NCBI GenBank assembly: GCA_047602405.1
Contig: JASGHJ010000001.1
Coordinates: 1,056,001-1,120,000 of the forward strand
Origin: Anaeromyxobacteraceae bacterium
Lineage (GTDB): Bacteria > Myxococcota > Myxococcia > Myxococcales > Anaeromyxobacteraceae
Reading direction: 5' to 3'
DNA: 64,000 nucleotides
The position numbers and the translations under genes are program-made. Shown piece by piece: positions 21,487 through 31,496 of this stretch; the stretch's first letter is position 1, and each line of letters begins with the position of its first letter. The notes below the pieces were generated by a model that ran no database searches, had not been told where the DNA came from, and saw only the letters and a program-made list of their open reading frames with translations.

Positions 21487-22803
21487 ATGCGACGGCTCCT
21501 GCTCGTCTCCCTGGCCACGCTCGTCCTCACGCTCCCGCCGTCGGCGCGGGCGCAGACGCTCACCGACCTCCTCGTCAACGTGCTCGTGGACGGAGGCAAC
21601 AGCTGGACGTGGGAGAAGGTCGCGCTCCCCGGCGCGGTGTGTGGCAACGGCTCGCAGTACAAGTTCTTCGTCCACGCGACCGGCTCGCCGAACGTGCTGT
21701 TCTACTTCCAGGGCGGCGGCGCGTGCTGGGACTACGACACCTGCAGCGGCCGCGCCGGGGTCCTCGGCGCCGCGAACCCGAACGGCATCCCTGACGACTT
21801 CATGTCGTCGTTCACGGCGAAGTACGTGTCACCGATCGTGAACGGCGCCGACCCGGGGCTCGCGGGCGTGCGCCCAAAGACCTCGCTCGTCACGGCCGGC
21901 TGGAACGTCGTGTTCATGCCGTACTGCACGGGCGACGTGCACGTGGGCAACAGCACCGTGACCTACGTCGACCCGACCGGCGCCGAGCCGCCGCTCCCCT
22001 GGCACCACGCGGGCTTCACGAACACGATGGCCGCGCTCGACTGGACCCACGCGCGCTTCCCGGCCATCCAGAAGCTCCTCGTCTCCGGCTACAGCGCGGG
22101 CGGCACGGCGACCGCGGCGGGCTACTACTTCGTGCGCACGAAGCTCGCGCCGCAGAAGTCCTACTACCTCGACGACTCCGGCCCGATCTTCCCGGCGCCG
22201 ACGTCGGCCTACAACTCGCGGAAGCTCCACGACACCATCCGCGCCTCGTGGGCGCTCGACTCGGTCTTCGCGCTCCTGCCTCCGAGCTTCGACCGGAGCG
22301 ACTTCGGCTCCATCAACCGCATGGTGGCCCTCTCGTTCCCGAACGACCGGATCGCGTACACGGGCTACACGCGCGACTACAACTACTCGCGCTTCAGCTA
22401 CGAGCGGTTCCTCACGCCCAACGACGAGGCCTCCATCCACGCGTACTGGCTCACCGACCAGACCAACCTCGTGAACCAGCTGAAGGCCTACCCGAACACG
22501 AGCTACTTCGTCCCGTACCACCGGCCCATCAACGCCTCGCACTGCGACACCATCATCACGTTCATCGGCAGCCACGCGTGCCAGCAGATGCTCAAGAAGA
22601 AGTACTTCTGGGAGTACCTCGAGTGGCCCTGGGGCCAGACGTACAAGTGCTACAGCGAGTTCGTGCCGATGGAGACGTTCCTCACCCGCTTCGTCGGCCA
22701 GGACGCGCAGGTGCGGATCGTCGAACCCCCGAACTGGTACAACAACGAGGATCCCGGGATGAAGATCGTCGCGCCGCTCATCAACTCGGCGATCGGGAAC
22801 TGA
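21487..22803 (+). CDS. Secreted pectinacetylesterase-family hydrolase
   Basis: [21 protein letters not shown] and GYSAGG nucleophile motifs; signal peptide. Confidence 0.85.
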   Translation: MRRLLLVSLATLVLTLPPSARAQTLTDLLVNVLVDGGNSWTWEKVALPGAVCGNGSQYKFFVHATGSPNVLFYFQGGGACWDYDTCSGRAGVLGAANPNGIPDDFMSSFTAKYVSPIVNGADPGLAGVRPKTSLVTAGWNVVFMPYCTGDVHVGNSTVTYVDPTGAEPPLPWHHAGFTNTMAALDWTHARFPAIQKLLVSGYSAGGTATAAGYYFVRTKLAPQKSYYLDDSGPIFPAPTSAYNSRKLHDTIRASWALDSVFALLPPSFDRSDFGSINRMVALSFPNDRIAYTGYTRDYNYSRFSYERFLTPNDEASIHAYWLTDQTNLVNQLKAYPNTSYFVPYHRPINASHCDTIITFIGSHACQQMLKKKYFWEYLEWPWGQTYKCYSEFVPMETFLTRFVGQDAQVRIVEPPNWYNNEDPGMKIVAPLINSAIGN

Positions 22804-22865
22804 CCCGCCGGCGCGCGGCGGAGGGCTCGCGGGGCCCGCGGTTCGCCGCGTGGCCCTTCGCCGCC

Positions 22866-23792
22866 TCAGCGGAGCGCCCGCCGCGCCACCTCGCGGATCG
22901 CGTCCGCGATGGGCACCGGGGCCTCCTCCTGCAGGTAGTGCCCGGCCGGCACCGTGATCACCGGCGCCCGCGGCAGGAGCTCCTGGTTGCGCCGGAGCGC
23001 GCGGGCGAGGATCGGATCCAGGTCGGCCCACACGATCGCCGCCGGCCCCGCGTACGCGCCCGTGAACGCCTCCACCGCGCGGAGCCCCTCGAGCGACGGG
23101 TGCGCCCCGCCGGTCGGCACCATCCGCGCGAGCGCGAGCGGCGCCGTGCGGTCGGCACGGGCGCGGAGCGGCCAGGTGTAGGCGTACGCGACGTCGCCGG
23201 CGATCGAGTCCGGGTCGGCCTGCGTGCGCTGCAGGAGGTTCTGCGGGAAGCCGAGCCAGTGGAACGCGAGCTCGGCCACCCCGGGCAGGTTCGCGAAGCG
23301 GTGGAACGCGGTCGGCCGGTGCCCGTCGCGCGGCGGGCGCAGCACCGTGTTCGTCAGGACGAGCCCGGCGAGCCGGTCCGCGAGCCCGGACATCGCGAGC
23401 ACGCCGATCGGCCCGCCCCAGTCGTGGACGGCGAGCACCACGGGCGCGCTCCCGAGCGACCGCACGAGGCCGCGCAGCACCGCCGCGTGGCGCTCGAGCG
23501 TGTGCCAGGCAGGGTCGCGCGGCTTCTCGGAGAGCCCGAGCCCGGGGAGGTCCGGCATCACGACGCGCAGGCCCGTGCCGGTGAGCGCGCCCGCGACCTT
23601 CCGCCAGAGGAAGCCCCAGGTCGGGTTCCCGTGCACGAGGAGCGCGACGGGCGCGGTCGCGCTGCCCGCCGCGCCCGCCTCCATCACGTGGAGCCGGAGC
23701 CCCTCGACCTCGACCACCCGCCGCTCGAACGCGCCGAGGTGCCGCGCGAGGCGCGCGGGCAGCTCGGGCGCGGGCGGGTGCGCGTCGCTCAC
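22866..23792 (-). CDS. Alpha/beta hydrolase (haloalkane dehalogenase-like)
   Basis: HGNPTW, PDLPGLGLSEKP, HDWGG, GHYLQEE. Confidence 0.88.
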   Translation of the reverse strand: MSDAHPPAPELPARLARHLGAFERRVVEVEGLRLHVMEAGAAGSATAPVALLVHGNPTWGFLWRKVAGALTGTGLRVVMPDLPGLGLSEKPRDPAWHTLERHAAVLRGLVRSLGSAPVVLAVHDWGGPIGVLAMSGLADRLAGLVLTNTVLRPPRDGHRPTAFHRFANLPGVAELAFHWLGFPQNLLQRTQADPDSIAGDVAYAYTWPLRARADRTAPLALARMVPTGGAHPSLEGLRAVEAFTGAYAGPAAIVWADLDPILARALRRNQELLPRAPVITVPAGHYLQEEAPVPIADAIREVARRALR

Positions 23793-25786
23793 GCGGCGGG
23801 ATCCGCCTTCTGACCCTCCGCGGCCGGCGCGTCCGCGGCCGCCTTCCTCGGCAGCCCGAGCGCGACGATCTCGGCGACGTCCATCACCTTCAGCCGGCCC
23901 TCGCGGCCGGTCTCGTTGATGCCGTCCTTCACCATGGTCAGGCAGAACGGGCAGCCGGTCGCGACGACGCCGCCCGCGGCGCCGAGCGTCTCGTCGGCCT
24001 CGCGCACGCGCTCCTGGTTGATGCGCGTGCCGAGCTTCTCCTCGAGCCACATCCGCCCGCCGCCCGCGCCGCAGCAGAAGCCCTGGCGGCCGTTGCGGGG
24101 CATCTCCTTCACGTCCACGCCCGCCGCGGCGAGCGCCGCGCGCGGGGCGCGGGTCTCGCCGTTCCACCGGCCCAGGTAGCAGGGGTCGTGGAAGGTGACC
24201 TCGCCGAGCCCCTCCGCCTTGCCGGCGGGGAGCTTCCCGTCGGCGACGAGCCGCGCGATGAGCTGCGTGTGGTGGACGATCTCGAACTTCCCGCCGAACT
24301 GCGGGAACTCGTTGCCGATGGTGTTGAGGCAGTGCGGGCACTGCACGAGGATCTTCTTCACCCCGTAGCCGTTCAGGGTCTCGACGTTCGCGGCGGCCTG
24401 CATCTGGAACAGGTACTCGTTGCCGAGCCGGCGCGCGGCGTCGCCGGTGCAGGTCTCCTCCTCGCCGAGGATCGCGAACGAGACCTTCGCCTCGCGGAGG
24501 ATCTGCACGATCGCGCGGGAGACCTTCTTCTGCCGGTCGTCGAACGCGCCCGCGCAGCCGACGAAGAACAGCCACTCGAACGGCTCGCCGGAGGAGGCGC
24601 GCGGCACGTCGAGGTCGGCGCACCACTCGGCGCGCTTGTTGGAGCCGATGCCCCAGGGGTTGCCCTGCGTCTCGAGCGCCTTGAACATGCGCGCGGCCTC
24701 GTCCGGGAAGACCGAGTCGACCTGCACCGCCTGCCGTCGCATGTCGACGAGGCGGGGCACGTTCTCGATGAGCACCGGGCAGGCCGTCTCGCACCAGCCG
24801 CAGGTCGTGCAGGCCCAGAAGGTCTCCGGCGGGACGACCTCCGAGATCGGCGGGAGCTTCGCGAGGGCGGCCTCCTTCGCGGCGGCGTCCGGCGCCCTCG
24901 CGAGCGCCACCAGATCAGGGCCGATCTTCTGGATGTGGTGCCGGATGGCCCGGTTCACCTCCTTGTGCGAGAGCGGCTTCCCGGTCACGTAGGTCGGGCA
25001 GTGGGTCTGGCAGCGGCCGCACTCGGTGCAGCTGTAGGTGTCCCAGGCCTCCTTCCAGGAGAGGTCCTTCACCGTCGCGGTGCCGTAGCTCGCGTCCTCG
25101 CTCTCGAGGTCGAGCTTGCGGAGCGCGCCGGCGGGCGGGAGCCGCGCGAAGAAGACGTTCGGGAGCGAGGTGATGATGTGGAAGTGCTTCCCGTACGGGA
25201 GCACGTTCAGGAAGGCGAGGATGATCGCGAGGTGGAGGAGGAGCGAGGCGAGCGCGAGGCCGTACCCGCCCTCGCCCGCGCGCAGCCCCGCCTCGTAGGT
25301 GAGCTCGGTCACCATGAGGCCGGCGATCATGAAGAGGATGACGACGCCCTCGGTCGAGAGCGTGAGCCGGTCCGGCTTCGTGACGAGCCGGCGCCACAGG
25401 AAGCCGAGCACGCCCGCGAGCGCGCCGATCACCACGACGTCCTTCACGAACGCGTACACCCGGCCGATCGCCTGGTCCTCGCCGAGGAGCGGCAGGTGGA
25501 ACCCGGGGCCGGCGAAGCCGACGCCGAAGAGCGTGATGGTGCGGAGCGCGAGCACCATGAACGCGGCGAACACGAGGACGTGCAGGAAGCCCGGCCCGGC
25601 CTCCTCGGGGTCGACGAGCCGCTGCTGCCCGAGGCCGAACCGCGCCACGAGCCCGGCGCGCTCGCCGGCGCGGGAGAGCCGGTCGTCGGCCCGGAACGCG
25701 CGGAGCGGCATGAGCCGCCGCGACATGGTCCAGCCGAAGAAGCCCAGTCCGACGAGGAGCATCACCGCGGTGACGAGGGGGGCCAT
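23789..25786 (-). CDS. Membrane Fe-S oxidoreductase (FadF/HdrD-like, CCG domains)
   Basis: TM N-terminus, CTECGRCQTHCP, CTTCGWCETACP, HDPCYLGR, CCGAGGG. Confidence 0.9.
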   Translation of the reverse strand: MAPLVTAVMLLVGLGFFGWTMSRRLMPLRAFRADDRLSRAGERAGLVARFGLGQQRLVDPEEAGPGFLHVLVFAAFMVLALRTITLFGVGFAGPGFHLPLLGEDQAIGRVYAFVKDVVVIGALAGVLGFLWRRLVTKPDRLTLSTEGVVILFMIAGLMVTELTYEAGLRAGEGGYGLALASLLLHLAIILAFLNVLPYGKHFHIITSLPNVFFARLPPAGALRKLDLESEDASYGTATVKDLSWKEAWDTYSCTECGRCQTHCPTYVTGKPLSHKEVNRAIRHHIQKIGPDLVALARAPDAAAKEAALAKLPPISEVVPPETFWACTTCGWCETACPVLIENVPRLVDMRRQAVQVDSVFPDEAARMFKALETQGNPWGIGSNKRAEWCADLDVPRASSGEPFEWLFFVGCAGAFDDRQKKVSRAIVQILREAKVSFAILGEEETCTGDAARRLGNEYLFQMQAAANVETLNGYGVKKILVQCPHCLNTIGNEFPQFGGKFEIVHHTQLIARLVADGKLPAGKAEGLGEVTFHDPCYLGRWNGETRAPRAALAAAGVDVKEMPRNGRQGFCCGAGGGRMWLEEKLGTRINQERVREADETLGAAGGVVATGCPFCLTMVKDGINETGREGRLKVMDVAEIVALGLPRKAAADAPAAEGQKADPAA

Positions 25787-25945
25787 GACGCGGCAAGCTA
25801 CCACCGCGGGTCGCGGCGGCAAGCGCGAAGGCAGGTCCCTGATCGGAAAAGAGAAACGGCCGCGCGCCGCCCAGCGGACGAGGAGAGGGCCGCCCCGGTT
25901 CGACCGGAGCGGCCCTCGAGCCTTCGTCCGACTCCCGGCAGCCGG

Positions 25946-27244
25946 TCAGTTCACGCGGCGGCGGAAGCTGGGCGAGCCGTTGCTGGCGTCATCCTTCTTC
26001 TTGTCGTCCTTCTTCTCTTCCTTCTTCTCCGGCGGCCGCGCGGGCGGCGGGGCCGGAGCCGGCGCGGGCGCCGGGGCGGGCTGCGCGCGGGGCCGGTCGT
26101 TCTCGACGGGTGCGCCGCGCGGGATGCCGGGGTTGCGGGTCGGCGGGCTCACGCCGCCGGACCACGGGCGGTCGGGCCGGCCGGGCCCGGGCCCTGGGGC
26201 CGGAGCCTCGACGCCGCCGCCACGGTTGCCGTTCCCGGGATTCCCGCGGCCGGGGTTACCGTTGCCGGGGTTGCCCGGGTTGCCGGGCGGCGGGAAGCCG
26301 GGAGGGGGAGCGGGCTGGGGCGCGGGCTGCTGGCCGGGCGGGGTGCCGCCCTGGCCCGGGGGCAGGTTGCCGTGGCCGAGGGCGTCGTCGCCGCGGCCGG
26401 GGAAGCCGGGCCGGTTGCGGCCGGGCGGGAAGGGCTGGCTCGGATCCGCGGGCGGGCCGGGCTGCGGCGTGGGCTGCGGGGCCGGCTGGGGGTTCGTGCC
26501 CGGGTAAGGCGCGGGCGTCGGGCGCTCGCGGCCGGGCATGGGCGGAGGGTACGGCTGCGGCGCAGGCTGCGGATACGGCTGCGGGCTGGGCGCCGGCCGG
26601 GGCTCGCGCTCACGCGGATCGTACGGGCGCGGCGCGGGGGCCGGCGTCGGGTTGGGGCGCGGCGGCGGCGGGCGCACCGGCGTGGGCGCGGGGCGCGCGT
26701 CGTGCGGCGGGCGCGCGGGCCGCCACGGGGCCGGGGCCGGCCAGTAGTTCACCGGCGGTGGACGGTTGTGGCGCCACGGGCCGACGTACACCCAGCCCTC
26801 GCCGCGGCGCCAGACGAAGTCGGCGCCCGAGCGCGGCGCGTAGTCGTGGTAGTGCGGGCCGGAGAGGAAGCACCAGCCGCCGCCGGGCAGCGGGTGACCG
26901 GCGGTGTACGTGAACTGGTACGGGCCGGCGTAGGAGTAGTAGCCGCGGTCGAGCGTGTACCAGTCGAAGTTGTCCGGGTAGTAGTCGTGCCAGTGGGCGC
27001 CCTCGAGGAAGCACCAGCCGCCGCCGACCTCCTCCGGGATCCAGTGCTGGCCGTAGTACCAGACCTGCAGCGGCTGGGGCTGCGCCACCGGCGGCGGGAC
27101 GGGCTGCGGGTAGCTCTGCGGATACGTCTGGGGCGCGTAGGTCGGCTCGGGCGGCGGGATGTACGTGCTGCGGCTGCGCGTCTCGTAGACGTAGCAGCCC
27201 GTGCCGAACGCGAGCGCGAGGGTCAGCGTGAGGATGCGCTTCAT
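25946..27244 (-). CDS. Proline-rich lipoprotein with two His/Cys repeats
   Basis: Lipobox-like FGTGC; repeats GGGWCFLEGAHWHDY and GGGWCFLSGPHYHDY; long P/Q/G-rich tail; RBS-like spacing. Confidence 0.75.
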   Translation of the reverse strand: MKRILTLTLALAFGTGCYVYETRSRSTYIPPPEPTYAPQTYPQSYPQPVPPPVAQPQPLQVWYYGQHWIPEEVGGGWCFLEGAHWHDYYPDNFDWYTLDRGYYSYAGPYQFTYTAGHPLPGGGWCFLSGPHYHDYAPRSGADFVWRRGEGWVYVGPWRHNRPPPVNYWPAPAPWRPARPPHDARPAPTPVRPPPPRPNPTPAPAPRPYDPREREPRPAPSPQPYPQPAPQPYPPPMPGRERPTPAPYPGTNPQPAPQPTPQPGPPADPSQPFPPGRNRPGFPGRGDDALGHGNLPPGQGGTPPGQQPAPQPAPPPGFPPPGNPGNPGNGNPGRGNPGNGNRGGGVEAPAPGPGPGRPDRPWSGGVSPPTRNPGIPRGAPVENDRPRAQPAPAPAPAPAPPPARPPEKKEEKKDDKKKDDASNGSPSFRRRVN

Positions 27245-27412
27245 CGGAGGATTCCTCCCAGGGATCCGACGTGCAGGGGTGGCGCGTGATTCACGCACCT
27301 GGGAGGCGATCCTAGCAGCGCCCGTGCCACGGCCCAAACCCGCGTCCGCACGGACGTCCCGACGCACACGGGCGTGCCGCCCGCGCACGCCTGGGGCACG
27401 CCGCGGACTGCC

Positions 27413-27937
27413 TCAGTGGAGGGTGCGCTCGGGTGGGAGGGACGGCGCGCGCGCGAGCCACCGCTGCAGGATCTCGGCGTACTCGTCGGCGGAGCGGGTG
27501 CCGGACACGAGCCACGCCTCGCCGATCACGAGCGCGGGCGCCGCGCCGATGCCGCGGCAGCGCGCCGTGCGCCAGGTGGCGAGCACCGCCCGCTCGGTCG
27601 AGGGGCGGCCGAGCGCCTCGGTGAACCGGGCGCGGTCGAGGCCGGCGAGCTCCGCGAGCTCCACGAGCACCTCGGCGCTGGCCGTCTCGAGCCCGCGCTC
27701 GAGGGTCGCCTCCCTGAGCACCCGGCGGAGCGCGGCCTCGCGCGCCGGTCCCTGCTCGCGCGCGGCGGCGAGCGCGGCGAGCACGCGCACCGACCCCGGG
27801 GCGAGCGGGAACGGAGCGTGGCGCAGCGCGACCTCGACGCCGAGGGCGTCGGCGGCCGCGGCGATGCGCGCCTCGGCGAGGGCGCACCAGGGCGAGAGAG
27901 GATCCTCGTAGAGGACGACGTCGACGGTGGCGGGCAC
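27413..27937 (-). CDS. DsbA/FrnE-like thioredoxin-fold protein
   Basis: YEDPLSPWC (SxxC), GIGAAPAL, cis-Pro region. Confidence 0.65.
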   Translation of the reverse strand: MPATVDVVLYEDPLSPWCALAEARIAAAADALGVEVALRHAPFPLAPGSVRVLAALAAAREQGPAREAALRRVLREATLERGLETASAEVLVELAELAGLDRARFTEALGRPSTERAVLATWRTARCRGIGAAPALVIGEAWLVSGTRSADEYAEILQRWLARAPSLPPERTLH

Positions 27938-28151
27938 GGGTCACCTCGCTGCGCGGGAACTTCGCGCGGGCGGCTCGAACGGGTCCGAACCTAGCGTGTC
28001 GGCCCGCGCTCGCGCGAGGGACGACCCGCCTCGCGCCCGCTTGCCCGGACGAGTCTCCATTTCGCGGGGCGCTCGGCGCGCCCCGCCCCGCCGACCCTGA
28101 GCGGGTCGTCGGGGACCCCACCGCGGCAGCCGGGCCAACCCCCCGTGGCAC

Positions 28152-29135
28152 CTACCCGATCCGCCCGTGGATGGCGTCCGCGAGCCGCGCGTGGCCGAAC
28201 TCCAGCGCGTGCTCCACGTACGCGCGCGCGATGTCGAGCCCGGTGGCGCTCTCGAGCCCCTCGAAGCCGGGCGACGAGTTCACCTCCATGATCTTCGGCC
28301 CGCTGCGCGCCTCCAGCATGTCGACGCCGGCGACCTCGAGCCCCATCACCCGCGTCGCCTTCACCGCCGCCTCGGCGAACTCGCGCTCGAGCGTCACCGC
28401 CTCGGCGACGCCGCCGCGGTGGATGTTGGAGCGGAACTCGCCGGAGCGGGCGGTGCGGCGCATGGCGGCGACCACGCGATCGCCCACCACGAACGCGCGC
28501 ACGTCCTTGCCCCGCGACTCGGCGACGAGCTCCTGGATCAGGATCTCCTGGCCGAGCGTCCAGAGCGTGTCGAGCATCGAGCGGAGCTCCGGCTCGCTGG
28601 TCGCGATCATCACGCCGACCCCCTGCGTGCCCTGGATGAGCTTCACGATGCACGGGAGCCCGCCGACCTGCTCGAGCGCGGTCGGCACCTCCTCGCGGTA
28701 GCGGCACATCACGGTGCGCGGGATCGGGATGCCGAAGCGCGAGAGGAGCTGCAGCGCACGCAGCTTGTCGCGCGAGCGGGCGATGGGGATGGAGGCGGCG
28801 AGGACCGGCACGCCCATCATGTCGAACTGGTTCACGACCGCGAGGCCGTAGCCGGTGATCGAGGCGCCGATGCGCGGGACGACGACGTGGACCGCCTGCG
28901 GGAGCACGTCGGCGCCGCGGTAGAGGATGGCCGGCCGGTCGGGCCCGAGGACCATGTTGCAGCGCAGGGTGTCGAGCACCTGCGGGCGGTGGCCGAGGGC
29001 CTTCGTCGCCTCCACGAGCCGCCGGGTCGAGTAGAGCTTCGGGTTCCGGGAGAGGATGAGGACGCCGAGGCGGCCGCCCGGGGGGACCGGTCGCCTCGCG
29101 AGCCTGGCCTTGCGCTTCTTCCTGGGGGGAGCCAC
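28152..29135 (-). CDS. rimK: RimK-family ATP-grasp glutamate ligase
   Basis: LYSTRRL, PRIGASIT, RSRDKLR, GTQGVGV, FRSNIHRGG, EVNSSPGFEG; start approximate. Confidence 0.92.
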   Translation of the reverse strand: MAPPRKKRKARLARRPVPPGGRLGVLILSRNPKLYSTRRLVEATKALGHRPQVLDTLRCNMVLGPDRPAILYRGADVLPQAVHVVVPRIGASITGYGLAVVNQFDMMGVPVLAASIPIARSRDKLRALQLLSRFGIPIPRTVMCRYREEVPTALEQVGGLPCIVKLIQGTQGVGVMIATSEPELRSMLDTLWTLGQEILIQELVAESRGKDVRAFVVGDRVVAAMRRTARSGEFRSNIHRGGVAEAVTLEREFAEAAVKATRVMGLEVAGVDMLEARSGPKIMEVNSSPGFEGLESATGLDIARAYVEHALEFGHARLADAIHGRIG

Positions 29136-29177
29136 CGGACGCACCACGTTAGCGGTGGGGCGGTGTGGGGGCAACTC

Positions 29178-29254
29178 GGCAAGTCCCCGGCTTCGGTGCT
29201 GACGCACCTCAAGGCGCCGAGGGCAAGCCCCCGGCTTCGGTGCCGGCGCACCTC
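29178..29254. repeat. Tandem 33-bp direct repeat (44-bp period) with internal hairpin
   Basis: GGCAAGTCCCCGGCTTCGGTGCTGACGCACCTC and GGCAAGCCCCCGGCTTCGGTGCCGGCGCACCTC (30/33 identical). Confidence 0.8.
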
Positions 29255-29309
29255 GGGGCAAGCCAGGAAGGAGCGCGGCGCCCGCTCCTCTGCCATGATT
29301 GGAGCCGAA

Positions 29310-29690
29310 ATGCCGCGGTCGATCCTCATCGTCGAGGACGAGGAGAACGTCTCCGAGCTCCTCGCCTTCGCGTTTCGCCGCGCGGGGTACGAGCCCATCG
29401 TGCTCCGCGACGGCCGCGCCGCCGTCGAGCACGTGCTCTCGAGCGAGCCCGCCTCGGCGGTGCTCCTCGACGTCATGCTGCCCTGCCGCGACGGCTACGC
29501 CGTGGCCGAGGTCATCCGCGGCGACGAGCGCTGGGGCGCGGTGCCGGTGGTGATGCTCTCGGCGCGCGCCGGCGAGGCCGACGTGATGCGCGCCCGCGCC
29601 GTCGGCGCCGACGAGTACGTGGCGAAGCCCTTCAGCCCGCGCTCGCTCGTCGAGTGCGTGCAGGGGCACGTGGACAAGGGCCGGGGATGA
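29310..29690 (+). CDS. Single-domain response regulator
   Basis: ILIVEDE, LLDVMLP, VMLSAR, YVAKPF. Confidence 0.92.
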   Translation: MPRSILIVEDEENVSELLAFAFRRAGYEPIVLRDGRAAVEHVLSSEPASAVLLDVMLPCRDGYAVAEVIRGDERWGAVPVVMLSARAGEADVMRARAVGADEYVAKPFSPRSLVECVQGHVDKGRG

Positions 29691-30466
29691 GCCGAACGCT
29701 GCCGGGGCTGCTCGTGGTCGCGGCGTGCGGCGCCGTGGCCGGGCTGGCCGCGCCCGGCCGCGCGGCCGCCGGCGAGGTCGAGCTCTCCCACGCCGAGGAC
29801 GTCCTCACGGACGGCCAGCCGGGCTGGCGCGAGACGGCGCTGCGGGTCGACTGGACCGCGCGCGACCGCCCCGGCCTCGCCGCGCAGGCGAGCCGGGTCG
29901 AGCGCTTCGATCGGGTCGACGCCGCGTTCTCGGCGGCCGCCTCCGCGCCGCTCGGGGAGCGCTGGGTCCTCGCGGTCGAGGGCGGCGGGAGCGCGACGCA
30001 CCACGTGCTGCCGGCCCTCACCGCCGGCGCCCGGGCCCAGTGGGCCCCCGGCGGCGGCCTGGTCGCCGTGGCGGCCGGGCGGTTCTCCCGGTTCCGGGCC
30101 GTGTCCGGCACCACCGACGTCGCCCTGGGTTCGCTCGGGATCGAGCGTTATCTCGGGACCTTCCGCGTGTCCGGCACCGGGTTCGCGGCGACCGTGTCCG
30201 GCACCTGGGGCCTCTCCGGCGCGCTCGCCGCGGACGTGTACTTCCGCGAGCGGGACCGGGCCGGGCTGGTCCTCTCCGCGGGCCGCGAGCTCGAGAGCCT
30301 CGGCGGCGGCCGGGTGCTCGTGACCGGCGTGCGCGCAGTCGCTCTCGCCGGCAGGAGCGCGCTCGGGCGGAGCCCCTGGTCGGTGAGCTGGGGCGCCGGG
30401 GTCCAGCGCCAGGGCAGGTTGTACACGCGGACGGGGGGCCACCTTGGCCTGGTTCGCGAGTTCTGA
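29687..30466 (+). CDS. YaiO-family outer-membrane beta-barrel
   Basis: Signal peptide, amphipathic strands, C-terminal aromatic VREF; context with HEAT and GT2 genes. Confidence 0.75.
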   Translation: MSRTLPGLLVVAACGAVAGLAAPGRAAAGEVELSHAEDVLTDGQPGWRETALRVDWTARDRPGLAAQASRVERFDRVDAAFSAAASAPLGERWVLAVEGGGSATHHVLPALTAGARAQWAPGGGLVAVAAGRFSRFRAVSGTTDVALGSLGIERYLGTFRVSGTGFAATVSGTWGLSGALAADVYFRERDRAGLVLSAGRELESLGGGRVLVTGVRAVALAGRSALGRSPWSVSWGAGVQRQGRLYTRTGGHLGLVREF

Positions 30467-31496
30467 TCCGTTCGTCGTCGTCGCCTGGGGCGCGGCGCTC
30501 GCGACGTTCTCGCTCTCCGCCGCGCTGACGGTGCAGGTGCTCCGCGTGCGCCGCGCGACCGCACGGCGCGAGGTCCGGCGCGACGCCTTCCTCGCGGCAT
30601 GGCGGCCGCGGCTCTTCGAGGCGGCGATGGGCGGGAACCCGCCGGCGCCGCCGGTGGAGCCGCCGGACCTCGACGCGTTCATCGCGCTCTGGAACGACGT
30701 CATGGACGCGCTCGACGTGGAGTCGCGCGCCGCGCTGGGCCGCGTCGCCGAGGGCGCCGGGGCCGACGCGGAGGCCCGCCGCCGCCTCGTGCGCGGCCGC
30801 CCGGTCGAGCAGGTGCAGGCGCTCCGGCTGCTCGGCCACCTCGGGCGGCCCGACGACTTCGACGCCGTCCACGCGCACCTCGACGACCCGCGCGCCTACC
30901 TCTCGCTCACCGCGGCGCGGGCGCTCGTGCGGATCGACCCGGCCCGCGCCCCCGCCGCGGTCGTCCCGCGCATCGCGCGCCGGCAGGACTGGCCGGCCTC
31001 GCTGCTCGTCACCGCGCTCTCGAGCGCGGCCCCCGCCGCGGTCGGGCGCGAGCTCGAGCGGGCCTGCGCCGGCGCGCCCGCGGAGCAGCTCGTGCGCCTC
31101 CTGCCCCTCGTCGAGGTCGTGGAGCGGGACGTGGCGGAGGAGATCCTCTTCTCGGTGCTCGCGCCGGACGCGGACCCGGAGGTCATCGCCTCGGTGCTGC
31201 GCCACGCCCGCACGCCCGGCCTCGTCGGGCTCGCGCGCGAGGGGTGCCTCCACCCGTCCTGGGCCGTGCGCACGCAGGCCGCCTCCGCGCTCGGCCGCAT
31301 CGGCACCCCGCCCGACCGCGACCGCCTGCTCGCGCTGCTCCGCGACGGGCAGTGGTGGGTCCGGTACCGCGCCGCCCAGGCGCTCTGCACCGGGCGCTTC
31401 GGCCCCCCGGCGTCGCACGCCGCCGACGTCGTGAAGCTCGCCGACCGCTACGCGGCCGACATCTTCGCCCACGTGCTCGCGGAGGGCCGCGCCTGA
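30444..31496 (+). CDS. Membrane-anchored HEAT-repeat protein
   Basis: WAVRTQAASALGRIG and WWVRYRAAQAL repeats. Confidence 0.85.
   Translation: MAWFASSDPFVVVAWGAALATFSLSAALTVQVLRVRRATARREVRRDAFLAAWRPRLFEAAMGGNPPAPPVEPPDLDAFIALWNDVMDALDVESRAALGRVAEGAGADAEARRRLVRGRPVEQVQALRLLGHLGRPDDFDAVHAHLDDPRAYLSLTAARALVRIDPARAPAAVVPRIARRQDWPASLLVTALSSAAPAAVGRELERACAGAPAEQLVRLLPLVEVVERDVAEEILFSVLAPDADPEVIASVLRHARTPGLVGLAREGCLHPSWAVRTQAASALGRIGTPPDRDRLLALLRDGQWWVRYRAAQALCTGRFGPPASHAADVVKLADRYAADIFAHVLAEGRA

Noticed and set aside
29178..29254. Possible mini-CRISPR array
   Set aside because: Only two units with an 11-bp gap and no cas genes in the window
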